From NCBI GenBank assembly GCA_037925075.1, contig JAXSNR010000001.1:96001-160000 (forward strand): 64,000 bases of DNA, in the 5' to 3' direction. The notes beneath the pieces were generated by a model, which did not search any database, was not told the DNA's origin, and worked only from the letters and a program-made list of their open reading frames with translations. A program made the position numbers and the translations under genes. Of the stretch, positions 9,837 through 20,048 are shown piece by piece (the first letter of the stretch is position 1; every line of letters starts with the position of its first letter). Source of the DNA: Aquificaceae bacterium. Lineage in GTDB: Bacteria > Aquificota > Aquificia > Aquificales > Aquificaceae.

Positions 9837-9870
9837 TAAAAACATGACTTTAATCAGGAGGAGGTAAGCC

Positions 9871-12800
9871 ATGGGAGACCTCAATCGTAGGGATCTTTTA
9901 AAGCTTGGAGCTATGAGCTTGGCGTCCCTTTCAAGTCCTGCCTTTTCCGCCATAAGGGTTTTTGAACCCGTGGTGAAGGTGGAAAACCCTCTTGCCTACT
10001 ATCCAAACAGGGATTGGGAGAGGTTTTACAGGGATATATACCGCTCGGAGTCTTCCTTTGTATTTCTGTGTGCCCCCAACGACACACATAACTGCTTACT
10101 TACCGCTCATGTAAAAAACGGCGTTATAACAAGGATAGAACCCACTTACAAGTTTGGAGAGGCGACGGACATATACGGACTTAAGGTATCCCACAGATGG
10201 GACCCAAGGTGTTGCAATAAAGGCATAGCCCTTATGAGGAGGTTTTATGGAGACAGAAGGGTGAAAGGTCCTATGGTTAGGAGGGGCTTTTACGATTGGT
10301 ATAAGGCGGGTTTTCCAAGGGATCCTATAACTGGGAAACCTCCAGAAAAGTACTTCCAGAGAGGGAAGGACAAATTCATAAAGGTTACATGGGATGAAGT
10401 GGCAGACATAATAGCAAAAACTCTGATAAACATAGCGACTACCTATAGCGGTGAAGAGGGCAGAAAAAGACTTGAAGCACAAGGTCATTATCCCAAGCCC
10501 ATGCTCGATGCTATGGAGGGAGCCGGTACAAGGGTTCTCAAGTTTAGGGGTTCTATGCCCTTCCTTGCGGTGGTAAGGTATACCTCTGCATACAGGATGG
10601 CAAACATGGTGGCACTTCTTGACAGTCATATAAGGGGAGTTGGACCGGATAAGGCACTTGGTGGAAGGGGTTGGGACAACTATTCCTTTCATACGGACCT
10701 TGCACCTGGCCATCCCATGGTTTCTGGTCAGCAAAACGTGGAGTTTGACCTTTGTATGTTTGAGCACTCAAAACTGCTTATACTCTGGGGCATGAACCCC
10801 TTCACCACAAAGATGCCCGATTGCCACTGGCTTACGGAAGCAAGGATAAAGGGGTCAAAGGTGATAGTAATATCCAACGATTACTCACCCACAGCAAGGT
10901 CTGCGGATGAGCTTATTGTGGTAAGGACAGGAACAGACACAGCCTTAGCCCTGTCTATAGCCTATGTGATAATGAAGGAAAAGCTCTATCAAGAAAGGTA
11001 TGTAAAGAGCTTTACAGATATGCCCTTGCTTGTAAGAATGGACAATGGAAAGGTTCTAAGGGCAGGGGACATAATACCCAACTACAAACCCAAGCAACTT
11101 AAAAAGGCTGTAGTCTTTAAACCCGGTGAGCCACTTCCACCCTTCTTCAAACAGGACAAGCAGTATATACCAGAGCCGATAAGAAATAACGACATGGAAG
11201 ATTTTGTAGTATGGGACACAAAGACAAATTCTCCAAAGGTTATAACAAGGGATGATGTAGGTGAAGACTTTTTCAAGCTCGGCATAGACCCAGCCCTTAC
11301 GGGAAGTTATAAAGTGAAAACGGTTGATGGCAAGGAGGTTGAAGTAAAGCCCCTTTTCCAAGTTTACCTTGAGTTCTTTGAACAGAACTACACACCCAAA
11401 CAAGCTGAGATAATAACTGGCGTCCCAGCGAAAAAAATAGAGTCCCTTGCAAAGGAGATAGCAAGACATCCAAGAAATATGAAACTGGCGCAAGGCATGG
11501 GCGTGAACCAGTACCAGCATGCGGACCTCAAGGACAGAGCCATGTACATGATATGTGCCCTCACAGATAACATAGGGCACCCAACAGGAAACATAGGCTC
11601 TTACGCTGGTAATTTTAGGCTTGCCCTCTTTAATGGAGCACCTCAATACTTTGCAGAAGACCCCTTCAACATAGAGCTTGATCCTAACAAGCCTGCAAAG
11701 GTGAAGTTCTACTGGAAGCCAGAGTCCGCCCACTACTACTCTTACGATGACCGTCCTCAGTATATGGGAGACCACACCATAACTGGCAAATCACACATGC
11801 CCACACCTACAAAGTTTATTTGGTTTGTAGACGCCAACTCCACCCTTGGAAATGCCAAGTGGAAGTACAACATCATTATGAACACACTTCCAAAGATAGA
11901 GTGCATAGTTACCAACGAATGGTGGTGGTCGCTTACCTGTGAATATTCAGACATTGTGCTGGGTGTGGACGCTTGGAACGAGAACAAGTACTGGGACATA
12001 GCAGGCTCCGTAACCAACCCCTTTGTGTACGTGTGGCCCAAAACTGGACACAGAAGGTTCTTTGATACAAAAAACGATGCAGAGACCTTTGCCCTTGTTT
12101 CTAACAGGCTAACAGAGCTAACGGGAGACGAAAGGTTCAGAAACTATTGGAGGTTTGTGATAGAAGGTAAGCAGGATGTGGTTTATGTCCAAAGAGTTAT
12201 AAATGCCTCTGCAAATCTTAGAGGTTATAAGATTGAAGAGATAGCCAAAAAGGCCCATGAGGGCATACCATCCCTCATAATGACAAGAAGCTATCCCAAG
12301 TATGTGGGCGAAGACCAGACAAAGGATAGTATGCCATGGTATACAAAAAGTGGAAGGCTTGAGTTTTACAGGGAAGAGCGGGAGTTTATGGATGCGGGTG
12401 AAAACCTACCTGTTTACAGAGAACCTATAGACTCAACCCACCATGAGCCAAACGTGATAGTGGCAAAGCCCCACCCACTCTTAAGGCCAAAGAAGCCAGA
12501 AGATTATGGAATCAGCAGTAAGGATGCCCTTCTCAACACAGAATGGAGGCAAGCAAGGAATGTGCTTATAGAGCCTGAAAAGCTACCGGGTACAAAGCAT
12601 CCCCTTATGGTAACCATTGGGGCATCCCACATAATTCACACACCAAAATACAGGCACGCAGCCCATACCACAACAGGGGATACGGATGTGACCACATTAC
12701 TCTTCGGTCCCTTTGGAAACATATACAGGCACGACAAAAGAATGCCCTTCATATCCGAGGCATACATAGACATAAACCCCAAAGACCTTCAAAAGATGGG

Positions 12801-13335
12801 CATACAGGACGGCGATTACGTCTATGTGGATGCGGACCCTCAGGATAGACCCTTTAAAGGCTGGCAGAAGAGAAAGGAGGATTATGAGGTAGGTAGGCTA
12901 CTCCTGAGGGCAAGGGCATCTAACAACACACCACCCGGCTGTGCCAAGATATGGTTTAACATGTATGGCTCCTCTCACGGAACTGTAAGAGGAACAAAGG
13001 AAAACCCGAATGGATTAGCCAAGAACCCCCACACCCACTATCAATCCCTGTATAGAAAGGGAAGCCACCAGAGTGTGGTAAGAACATGGTTAAAGCCCAC
13101 TTATCAAACGGATACACTGATAAGGAAAGAGCTTATGGGGCAGGTTATAGGTAAGGGCTTTGCACCAGATGTGCACTGCACCATAGGAGCACCAAGAGAA
13201 GCCTTTGGCAAGATAACAAAAGCGGAGGATGGCGGAATAGGTGGTAAGGGTCTTTGGAGGCCTGTAAAGCTTGGCTTTAGACCCACAACCGCCAACGAAA
13301 GTCTTAGGAAATATCTGAAAGGAAAGTTTGTTTAA
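9871..13335 (+). CDS. narG: DMSO-reductase family type II molybdoenzyme alpha subunit (periplasmic NarG / NxrA-like)
   Basis: Tat signal NRRDLLK; FS0 motif CAPNDTHNC...PRCC; YSFHTDLAPG; ~1150 aa; Nitrospira/anammox-NxrA-like features. Confidence 0.85.
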   Translation: MGDLNRRDLLKLGAMSLASLSSPAFSAIRVFEPVVKVENPLAYYPNRDWERFYRDIYRSESSFVFLCAPNDTHNCLLTAHVKNGVITRIEPTYKFGEATDIYGLKVSHRWDPRCCNKGIALMRRFYGDRRVKGPMVRRGFYDWYKAGFPRDPITGKPPEKYFQRGKDKFIKVTWDEVADIIAKTLINIATTYSGEEGRKRLEAQGHYPKPMLDAMEGAGTRVLKFRGSMPFLAVVRYTSAYRMANMVALLDSHIRGVGPDKALGGRGWDNYSFHTDLAPGHPMVSGQQNVEFDLCMFEHSKLLILWGMNPFTTKMPDCHWLTEARIKGSKVIVISNDYSPTARSADELIVVRTGTDTALALSIAYVIMKEKLYQERYVKSFTDMPLLVRMDNGKVLRAGDIIPNYKPKQLKKAVVFKPGEPLPPFFKQDKQYIPEPIRNNDMEDFVVWDTKTNSPKVITRDDVGEDFFKLGIDPALTGSYKVKTVDGKEVEVKPLFQVYLEFFEQNYTPKQAEIITGVPAKKIESLAKEIARHPRNMKLAQGMGVNQYQHADLKDRAMYMICALTDNIGHPTGNIGSYAGNFRLALFNGAPQYFAEDPFNIELDPNKPAKVKFYWKPESAHYYSYDDRPQYMGDHTITGKSHMPTPTKFIWFVDANSTLGNAKWKYNIIMNTLPKIECIVTNEWWWSLTCEYSDIVLGVDAWNENKYWDIAGSVTNPFVYVWPKTGHRRFFDTKNDAETFALVSNRLTELTGDERFRNYWRFVIEGKQDVVYVQRVINASANLRGYKIEEIAKKAHEGIPSLIMTRSYPKYVGEDQTKDSMPWYTKSGRLEFYREEREFMDAGENLPVYREPIDSTHHEPNVIVAKPHPLLRPKKPEDYGISSKDALLNTEWRQARNVLIEPEKLPGTKHPLMVTIGASHIIHTPKYRHAAHTTTGDTDVTTLLFGPFGNIYRHDKRMPFISEAYIDINPKDLQKMGIQDGDYVYVDADPQDRPFKGWQKRKEDYEVGRLLLRARASNNTPPGCAKIWFNMYGSSHGTVRGTKENPNGLAKNPHTHYQSLYRKGSHQSVVRTWLKPTYQTDTLIRKELMGQVIGKGFAPDVHCTIGAPREAFGKITKAEDGGIGGKGLWRPVKLGFRPTTANESLRKYLKGKFV

Positions 13336-13347
13336 AGGAGGTGAGCC

Positions 13348-14457
13348 ATGGCTAAGGCTTACAATTGGCAGTTGGGTAGGGAAGTAAACTATCCATACGA
13401 ACCCAAAAGACCAAAACGCCAGTTTGCTGTAGTTATGGACCTTAACAAGTGCATAGCCTGTCAGACATGCACAGTAGCCTGCAAAACCACATGGACGCCA
13501 GGACGGGGTCAAGAGTACATACTTTGGAACAACGTAGAAACTAAACCTTGGGGTTTTTATCCTCTTGGTTGGGATATAAGGCTACTGGAACTCTTGGATG
13601 GAAATAAGAAAACCGTCTTTGATGCTCCAGAGGGAGAAAGGGTATTGGGTTGGATGCCAGAGGATATGGACTGGATGTATCCAAATGTGGGAGAAGATGA
13701 GGTAAATGAGCCTGTTGATGTGGGTACTGTACTTGAAAACCTTCCCCATCCCATATGGATGTTCTATCTACCAAGAATATGCAATCACTGTACCTACCCT
13801 GCATGCCTTGCCGCCTGCCCAAGACAGGCAATATACAAAAGGGAAGAGGATGGCATAGTGCTTATAGACCCAGAAAGGTGTGAAGGCTATCAGGAGTGTG
13901 TAAGGGCTTGTCCTTACAAGAAGACCATGTTCAACTTTGTTGCAAGGATATCCCAAAAGTGCATAGGTTGTTTTCCAAGGGTGGAAGAGGGGCTTCAGCC
14001 CCAATGTGTTATTACCTGCATAGGGAAGATAAGGCTTATGGGCTTTATAAACCCACCGGAGAAGGCAAGGCAAGATAACCCAATAGACTTCCTTGTACAT
14101 ATAAAAAAGGTTGCACTTCCTCTTTATCCTCAAACAGGGCTTGAGCCAAATGTTTACTACATACCACCAATAAACGTGCCCCTTAGCTTTCTAAAGCAGA
14201 TGTTTGGTCCAGGTGTAGAGCATGCGGTAAAGACCTACACGGCTATGAGGGAAGGCAAAGAGCCAGAGCTACAGGCACTCTTGCACCTTTTTGGTTCAAC
14301 ACCAAGAATTCCACATACATTTGCAGTAGGTAGGAACGAGGTCATAGCGTATGATGAAGCAGGGAAAGAAATAGTTAGAGTGCCTCTTGTTGAGCCTATT
14401 CAATTCAGGCCTCACAAGGATGAAAGGTTAGATGTGGTAAGACAGGACATACCTTAA
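13348..14457 (+). CDS. narH: Fe-S beta subunit (NarH/NxrB-like)
   Basis: DLNKCIACQTCTVACK, CNHCTYPACLAACP, CEGYQECVRACPY, KCIGCFPR. Confidence 0.88.
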   Translation: MAKAYNWQLGREVNYPYEPKRPKRQFAVVMDLNKCIACQTCTVACKTTWTPGRGQEYILWNNVETKPWGFYPLGWDIRLLELLDGNKKTVFDAPEGERVLGWMPEDMDWMYPNVGEDEVNEPVDVGTVLENLPHPIWMFYLPRICNHCTYPACLAACPRQAIYKREEDGIVLIDPERCEGYQECVRACPYKKTMFNFVARISQKCIGCFPRVEEGLQPQCVITCIGKIRLMGFINPPEKARQDNPIDFLVHIKKVALPLYPQTGLEPNVYYIPPINVPLSFLKQMFGPGVEHAVKTYTAMREGKEPELQALLHLFGSTPRIPHTFAVGRNEVIAYDEAGKEIVRVPLVEPIQFRPHKDERLDVVRQDIP

Positions 14458-14468
14458 GGAGGTGAGCC

Positions 14469-15305
14469 ATGAGGTATGCGGGAGTTTTAATCTTGGGACT
14501 TATGCTTTCAGGTGTTGTTTTTTCCCAAGAGTTAGTATGCAAGAGGGTAAAAAGCTTACCACTGGACCCCTTTGATAAGGCGTGGGCAGATGTCAAGCCT
14601 GTGGATGTTCCCCTCAGCGGTCAGACGGTGACAACCCCGATGCAACTCAAGCCCTCAGTGACAAGCATTGCCGTAAAATGCCTTAATGATGGAAAGAACA
14701 TAGCTTTCCATTTTATTTGGCCCGATAAAACCGAAGATAGGTTTCACTTAGTAAGCAAATTCTCGGATGCGGTAGCAGTTCAGATTCCCTATAAGCCATC
14801 CGCAGATGTTCCAGTAACTATGGGAGAAAAAGGTCAGAGAGTTCTCATACTACATTGGAGTGCCTTCCGACAAGAAAACATAGATAAGGGCTACTCAGAT
14901 ACCGCCAAGATATACCCAAATTACGCCTACGACTGGTACCCACATACAGACTCACCTTATAAGTACCCTGAAAACTGGGCTAATCAGTATGCTTTAAATT
15001 ACATAGGGGGTGAGAAGGTTTTCAGAAAGAACACCTTTAACACACCAGTGAGGGAAGTGGTTGCAGAGGGCTATGGCTCTTCCACATGGAAGGATATACA
15101 GGGAGCAGAAGGAAAGGGCGTATACAAAGATGGAAAATGGCATGTGGTTATAAAGAGGGCTTTTGTGGAAGAAAGCACTTCAAACCCTGAATGGGGACCT
15201 GGAAAGGAAACCTTTGCAAGCTTTGCGGTATGGGATGGAAGCAACGGAGAAGTGGGTGCGAGGAAGTCCTTGAGCTATTCATGGATAAAGCTAAAGGTGG
15301 AGTAA
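14469..15305 (+). CDS. heme-b gamma subunit (EbdC/DOMON-like, NxrC-like)
   Basis: Sec signal, FSDAVAVQ..VTMG, FAVWDGSNGEVGARKS. Confidence 0.85.
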   Translation: MRYAGVLILGLMLSGVVFSQELVCKRVKSLPLDPFDKAWADVKPVDVPLSGQTVTTPMQLKPSVTSIAVKCLNDGKNIAFHFIWPDKTEDRFHLVSKFSDAVAVQIPYKPSADVPVTMGEKGQRVLILHWSAFRQENIDKGYSDTAKIYPNYAYDWYPHTDSPYKYPENWANQYALNYIGGEKVFRKNTFNTPVREVVAEGYGSSTWKDIQGAEGKGVYKDGKWHVVIKRAFVEESTSNPEWGPGKETFASFAVWDGSNGEVGARKSLSYSWIKLKVE

Positions 15306-15306
15306 G

Positions 15307-15996
15307 ATGGAGCTTTATAAAGCTTTCCTTTATAGATTCTTATCGCTGGCTTTTGACTATCCGAGTGAGGAAAACCTCAAGACTCTAAAGGAGGGTCTTG
15401 AGGACCTCTCCCTATCTCTTAAAAACCTTGGTGTTGATTTTGACATAGAAGTGCTAAAAACATGCTTGCAAGATTACGAAAGTGAAGAAAGGCTTTTAGA
15501 CCTTCAGTGTGAGTGGAGCTACCTCTTTGCCACATCTCAGAAGGCACCAAACTGGGAAACCGCTTACGAGCTTGAAAAGGCAGGAAGGAAGGCATACGAG
15601 CTTGCAGATATAGAAGGTTTTTACAGAGCCTTTGGTCTTGAGGTAAGACAAGGATATGAACCGGATGGGTTAATTCCGCAGATAGAATTTTTGAGCCTTC
15701 TGCTCTTAAAAAAGGTCCACGCTGAACAAGTGGAGAAGATGGAAATAGCCAGTAAAGCCTACGAGGATTTCTTCCGAGAGCATCTTGGAAGGTGGTACAG
15801 GCTTTTCTGCCAACTTGTTGAAGAAGAGACTCAGGAGGAATACTACAGGCTTATGTCTAAGCTAATGCGTTCTTTCCTTGACAGAGAAAGACAGGAAATA
15901 AAGGGCATACTGGACATCACAGAGTATAAAAAGGAAATGCTTGAAGGCTCCACATGGGAGTGCGGTATCAATCAAAAAGCTCCACCGCTCTCCTGA
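15307..15996 (+). CDS. TorD/DmsD-family molybdoenzyme maturation chaperone
   Basis: YRFLSLAFDYP, LADIEGFYRAFG, EPD..., FFREHLGRW. Confidence 0.85.
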   Translation: MELYKAFLYRFLSLAFDYPSEENLKTLKEGLEDLSLSLKNLGVDFDIEVLKTCLQDYESEERLLDLQCEWSYLFATSQKAPNWETAYELEKAGRKAYELADIEGFYRAFGLEVRQGYEPDGLIPQIEFLSLLLLKKVHAEQVEKMEIASKAYEDFFREHLGRWYRLFCQLVEEETQEEYYRLMSKLMRSFLDRERQEIKGILDITEYKKEMLEGSTWECGINQKAPPLS

Positions 15997-17344
15997 GGAC
16001 TTGTTCCGTCTCTTCCCTGCTGGGCATTTCCGTATAAATTCTTATGAGTGGCTCCGTGCCGGAGGCTCTAAAAAGTAGCCAGCCATCTCCTTCAAAAATA
16101 AGCTTAAGACCGTCAAGGGTGATAACCTTTGAAACCTTAAAGTCTCCAAGCTTCTCTGGAGGGTTTTCTATAAGCTTTTTGAGTTTTTGCTTTTTGTCCT
16201 CCTCCGCATGCAGATCGACCCTATTGTAGTACGCCTCTCCGTATTCCCTAAAGATTTCCGAGATTAACTCAGAAAGGGATTTGTCCTTTAGGAGAAGAAG
16301 CTCAAGGAGGTTAAGACCCGCAAAAAGCCCATCCCTCTCGGGAAGAAAATCCACAATGCCATAACCTCCGCTTTCCTCACCTCCAAATATTACCTTTTCC
16401 CTTAGTATAACCTCGTTTATGTTCTTAAAGCCTACCGCCACCTCTTTTAGCTCCACTCCTTCCCTTTTGCATATTCTGTCCGCAAGGTAAGTGGTGGATA
16501 CGGTCTTTACCACAATACCATCCCTTACATTCTTGTTTTTAAGAATATGATACAAAAGCAACACATACATAAGCTGTGTGTTCACAAAGTCTCCCTTTTC
16601 ATCCACCAAGACTATACGGTCTCCATCTCCGTCGTTGGCTATGCCGAGGTCCGCTCCCACTGCTCTGACCTTCATAAAAAGAGGCTCAAGGTGCTTCTCC
16701 ACAGGCTCCGGTGCATGTCCTCCAAACAGGGGATCCCTGTAGCTTCTTATCTGATGGACTGTAAGCCTTGTACCAGAAAGCACATGGGAATAGGTCCCCA
16801 AGGCGGAGCCGTACATGGCGTCATGCACAAGCAAAAACTCCCTTTGACCAAATAGCTCCATGTTTATGCTTTTTTTGACCTCCCTCATGTACTCAGCCCA
16901 GATATTCACATACTCGGGATTAAACTTTTCGGGCTTTATATCCTTTGCATTTTTTAACTCCTCTTCCACCTGTGCCACAAAGTCCGGTGTGGCGGAGCCA
17001 CCAAAGGAGTCCTTTATCTTATACCCGTTGTATTCCGGTGGATTGTGGGAGGCGGTTATCATAACTCCGTTGTCAAAGCCCATGTATTTAACCGCAAAGG
17101 AGACCATGGGAGTGGCGCAAGACTTTATACTTAGATAACATTCAAAGCCCATGGTTTTGAAAACCCTATAAACCTCAAGGGCAAAATATTCAGACATAAA
17201 CCGGTTATCGTAGCCAACCACCACCTTTTTTTTACCTTGTCTTTCAAGCACCCTCGCATGTGCATAAGCGACCTTTCTAACGTTCTCAAAGGTAAAAGTA
17301 TCACCTATGATGGCTCTCCATCCGTCGGTTCCAAACTTTATCAT
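15968..17344 (-). CDS. phosphoglucomutase/phosphomannomutase family protein
   Basis: FGTDGWR, ITASHNP, DGDGDR, GEESGG, RASGTEP. Confidence 0.95.
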   Translation of the reverse strand: MIKFGTDGWRAIIGDTFTFENVRKVAYAHARVLERQGKKKVVVGYDNRFMSEYFALEVYRVFKTMGFECYLSIKSCATPMVSFAVKYMGFDNGVMITASHNPPEYNGYKIKDSFGGSATPDFVAQVEEELKNAKDIKPEKFNPEYVNIWAEYMREVKKSINMELFGQREFLLVHDAMYGSALGTYSHVLSGTRLTVHQIRSYRDPLFGGHAPEPVEKHLEPLFMKVRAVGADLGIANDGDGDRIVLVDEKGDFVNTQLMYVLLLYHILKNKNVRDGIVVKTVSTTYLADRICKREGVELKEVAVGFKNINEVILREKVIFGGEESGGYGIVDFLPERDGLFAGLNLLELLLLKDKSLSELISEIFREYGEAYYNRVDLHAEEDKKQKLKKLIENPPEKLGDFKVSKVITLDGLKLIFEGDGWLLFRASGTEPLIRIYTEMPSREETEQVLRRAVELFD

Positions 17345-18198
17345 CTTTGCCCTCCTTGTGGTACGTTTATTATTGGCGTCATCTTGGTATCATAGGGTAA
17401 AAGTATTATGGTGTTGTTTTGGCTTCTGGCGTATTCCTGAATGTTTTCTACAAACTTCCACATAAGGTATTCTCTCGTAAGAGACCCAGCTATTATCCTG
17501 TTTGCCTCAGCTATTCCTTGAGCTTCTACCTTTTTTCTCTCCGCCTCAAGCTTTTCCTTTTCCAAAAGAAACTGCATCCTTTGAGCCTCTTCGTAGGCCC
17601 TACGCTTTTCTTCAATGGCTTTTACCACACTATCCGGTAGCCTTATATCTCTTATAAGCACATCCTCAAGGACAAGGTACCTCTTTGTAAGTTGTCCCTG
17701 CACCTCCCTTTTTATCCTTTCCTGCAATTTTTGCCTCTCTTGATATACTACGGAGCTTTCCATTTCCGCTATGGCATCTCTAACCGCCGTTCTAACTATT
17801 TGCTTTATTATCTTCTCCTCGTAGTCAGGTCCATACTCTCTTATTAATTCTGGTGCCTTGTTGGCATCCACCCTATAAAGAACCGCCACATCCATACTTA
17901 CGGGCAAGCCATCTTTTGAAAGACTGCTTATGGGGTTTTGCCTCTCTCTGGTAAACTCCACAGCCTTAGTTCTTATCTCAACCTTTTCCACAGTTTGTAG
18001 AAAGGGAATTCTAAAGTGTAGCCCCTCTCTCAAAGGTGCTGGGTCAATCTTACCTAAAGTTCTTTTTACTCCTACAAAACCTGATTGAACTATCACTAGG
18101 GGATTGCCCGCAAGGGCAAGAAGCAAAAGGACTATTAAAAAAACCACAAAGTAGCTTATAGACCTAAAGCCTTCAAAAGTGGGGTTTTTAATCTTCAC
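17341..18198 (-). CDS. SPFH/prohibitin (band 7) family membrane protein
   Basis: N-terminal TM, GLHFRIPF, SKDGL, DVLIRDIRLP, coiled coil; GTG start with GAGGAGG SD. Confidence 0.9.
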   Translation of the reverse strand: MKIKNPTFEGFRSISYFVVFLIVLLLLALAGNPLVIVQSGFVGVKRTLGKIDPAPLREGLHFRIPFLQTVEKVEIRTKAVEFTRERQNPISSLSKDGLPVSMDVAVLYRVDANKAPELIREYGPDYEEKIIKQIVRTAVRDAIAEMESSVVYQERQKLQERIKREVQGQLTKRYLVLEDVLIRDIRLPDSVVKAIEEKRRAYEEAQRMQFLLEKEKLEAERKKVEAQGIAEANRIIAGSLTREYLMWKFVENIQEYARSQNNTIILLPYDTKMTPIINVPQGGQR

Positions 18199-18235
18199 AT
18201 TACCCTCCTCAAAGGGAAATTATAATAGACTTGAT

Positions 18236-19333
18236 ATGATTGCCCAGGACATTCTAAAAGAGGCTCTTAAGAAAAACAAGCTAAAAAGCGAAGCCTACGG
18301 AAAGCTTGAGTACCTGAGGTTTACCGACGACTTTAAAGAGGTTCCTCGTGGCACCGTTCTTTTCAAAGACAACATCATATGGGGCTATCCACACATAGGC
18401 AGGATCTTTCAGCTTTCTACAGGCATTCCTGAGCAGTTTGAAGCTCCCTTTTGGGTTGAGGAAAAGGTAGACGGATACAATGTGAGAGTGTTTATGCATG
18501 AGGGAGAAATTTACGCCCTCACAAGGGGTGGTTATGTATGTGCCTTTACCACAGACAGGGTTCTTGATTTTATAGACCCAAAATTCTTTGAGGACAACCC
18601 TGATCTTGTGCTGTGTATGGAGGTGGCAGGACCGGAAAATCCCTATGTGGAGGAAAGCCCACCCTATGTGAAGGAAGATGTCAAGTTTTTTCTTTTTGAC
18701 ATAATGCAAAAAAACAGTCAAGGCTTTTTACCCTACAGAGAAAAGTTAAAGCTTATAGAGAAGTATAACCTTCCAAGTGTAGAAGGGTACGGACTGTACA
18801 CTCCAGACAAGATAGAAGACTTAAAGGCTCTCCTCAAAAGACTAAACGACGAAAGAAAAGAGGGTGTAGTGCTAAAAGAGGACTCTAAAAGGGACAAAAG
18901 GGTCAAGTACATCACAAGCTATGCAAACCTTAACGACATTAGGATAACCTCTCTAAACATGCTTGGGCTTCCCGCAGACTACTACACCAACAGATTATTA
19001 AGGCTTGCACTCTTTATAGAAGAGGAGGGGTTAGAAAAGAGCGAAGAGCTATACAGGGAATTGGGAGAGGCTTTTCTTAGTGGGCTTTTTTCCGCATGCA
19101 AGATGGCAAAAGAAGAGGGCAAGGTTCGTAGGGTCTTCCGGTGCAGGTTCAGAAGAAGGGACAATGTCCTCATCTTCTTGGAGCAGATGAAACACGCCTC
19201 TGTTCATATACAGGTAAATCAGCTATCTCTAAGGGAAGAGGGTGGGCTTTGGCTTTTGGAGTTTGAAAAGGTTTTCCTTAATATGACGGGGCTTCTTGGA
19301 CATCTTCTAAGGGGTGGGTCCCTTATAGATTAG
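18236..19333 (+). CDS. ATP-dependent RNA ligase, Pab1020/Rnl3 family (archaeal type)
   Basis: GYPHIGRI, motif [39 protein letters not shown] at 18236 chosen (TATAAT 9 nt upstream). Confidence 0.92.
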   Translation: MIAQDILKEALKKNKLKSEAYGKLEYLRFTDDFKEVPRGTVLFKDNIIWGYPHIGRIFQLSTGIPEQFEAPFWVEEKVDGYNVRVFMHEGEIYALTRGGYVCAFTTDRVLDFIDPKFFEDNPDLVLCMEVAGPENPYVEESPPYVKEDVKFFLFDIMQKNSQGFLPYREKLKLIEKYNLPSVEGYGLYTPDKIEDLKALLKRLNDERKEGVVLKEDSKRDKRVKYITSYANLNDIRITSLNMLGLPADYYTNRLLRLALFIEEEGLEKSEELYRELGEAFLSGLFSACKMAKEEGKVRRVFRCRFRRRDNVLIFLEQMKHASVHIQVNQLSLREEGGLWLLEFEKVFLNMTGLLGHLLRGGSLID

Positions 19334-19911
19334 GCTCTAAGTGTATAGCTTTCAAGTATGACTCTAAAACTCCTTGGGTCTATGAGCTTTATTCCCACCT
19401 TGTCCGCCCAGTTTCTGAGACCCTCGTCCGCGGACACAAGAATGCCGTCAAGCTCGTAGGCTAAAAGCAGAACATCAAGGTCTTCTTTACTGTCTATTAT
19501 GCCTGTCCTGAGAGCCTCACGGTATTTTTCTCTGAGCTTGTTTATAAGTTTTCCCACATCCTCTTGGGTAAGCCTTCCAGCCTCTTTTGTATGCTCTTCC
19601 GCAATCCGTAGACCCTTGTTTATCCTATAACGCACTTCTTCTATAAACTCATACAGAAATTCCGCAGGCACCATAAGGTTAAACCTTCTCGGAGAGCGGA
19701 CCCTTACCGCGAGCTCAAACCTTGGCTTGAGATTTCCAAGCTCCACCATTTTGTTAAACTCTTCATAAACGGAGGTGGGCATGTAAAACTGTGCCCTGCT
19801 ATGAGAAGCCAAAGTTATGAAGTTTTCTATGGCTCCAAGCTGATCCTTTTCAAACTGACTGTAAATGTCAGGGTTTGTAAATACGCTTGTATCAAGCACA
19901 AAAACTTCCAT
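19330..19911 (-). CDS. protein-only (RNA-free) RNase P, HARP/Aq880 homolog (PIN_5)
   Basis: [48 protein letters not shown]: recognisably the Aquifex Aq880 sequence, catalytic Asp residues present. Confidence 0.95.
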   Translation of the reverse strand: MEVFVLDTSVFTNPDIYSQFEKDQLGAIENFITLASHSRAQFYMPTSVYEEFNKMVELGNLKPRFELAVRVRSPRRFNLMVPAEFLYEFIEEVRYRINKGLRIAEEHTKEAGRLTQEDVGKLINKLREKYREALRTGIIDSKEDLDVLLLAYELDGILVSADEGLRNWADKVGIKLIDPRSFRVILESYTLRA

Positions 19912-19912
19912 T

Positions 19913-20044
19913 TTACCTCAATAGGTTAATTATAAGGTATGGGCTATCCCTGTTTATCAAAAGCACAAACCTAATTTCCACGATGTCCACTTTGGGCACA
20001 TCCACTTCCAGAGTTTTATAAGCCTCGTAAGGGAGCACAGCCAT
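19913..20044 (-). pseudogene. 43-codon remnant or small ORF
   Basis: [43 protein letters not shown] with TATAAT 7 nt upstream; ends resemble Aquificae DUF1640-like coiled-coil proteins lacking the middle (from memory). Confidence 0.35.
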
Positions 20045-20048
20045 AGTT

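Noticed and set aside
19330..19911. PIN-domain VapC toxin
   Set aside because: Helical insertion and motifs match HARP; no antitoxin adjacent
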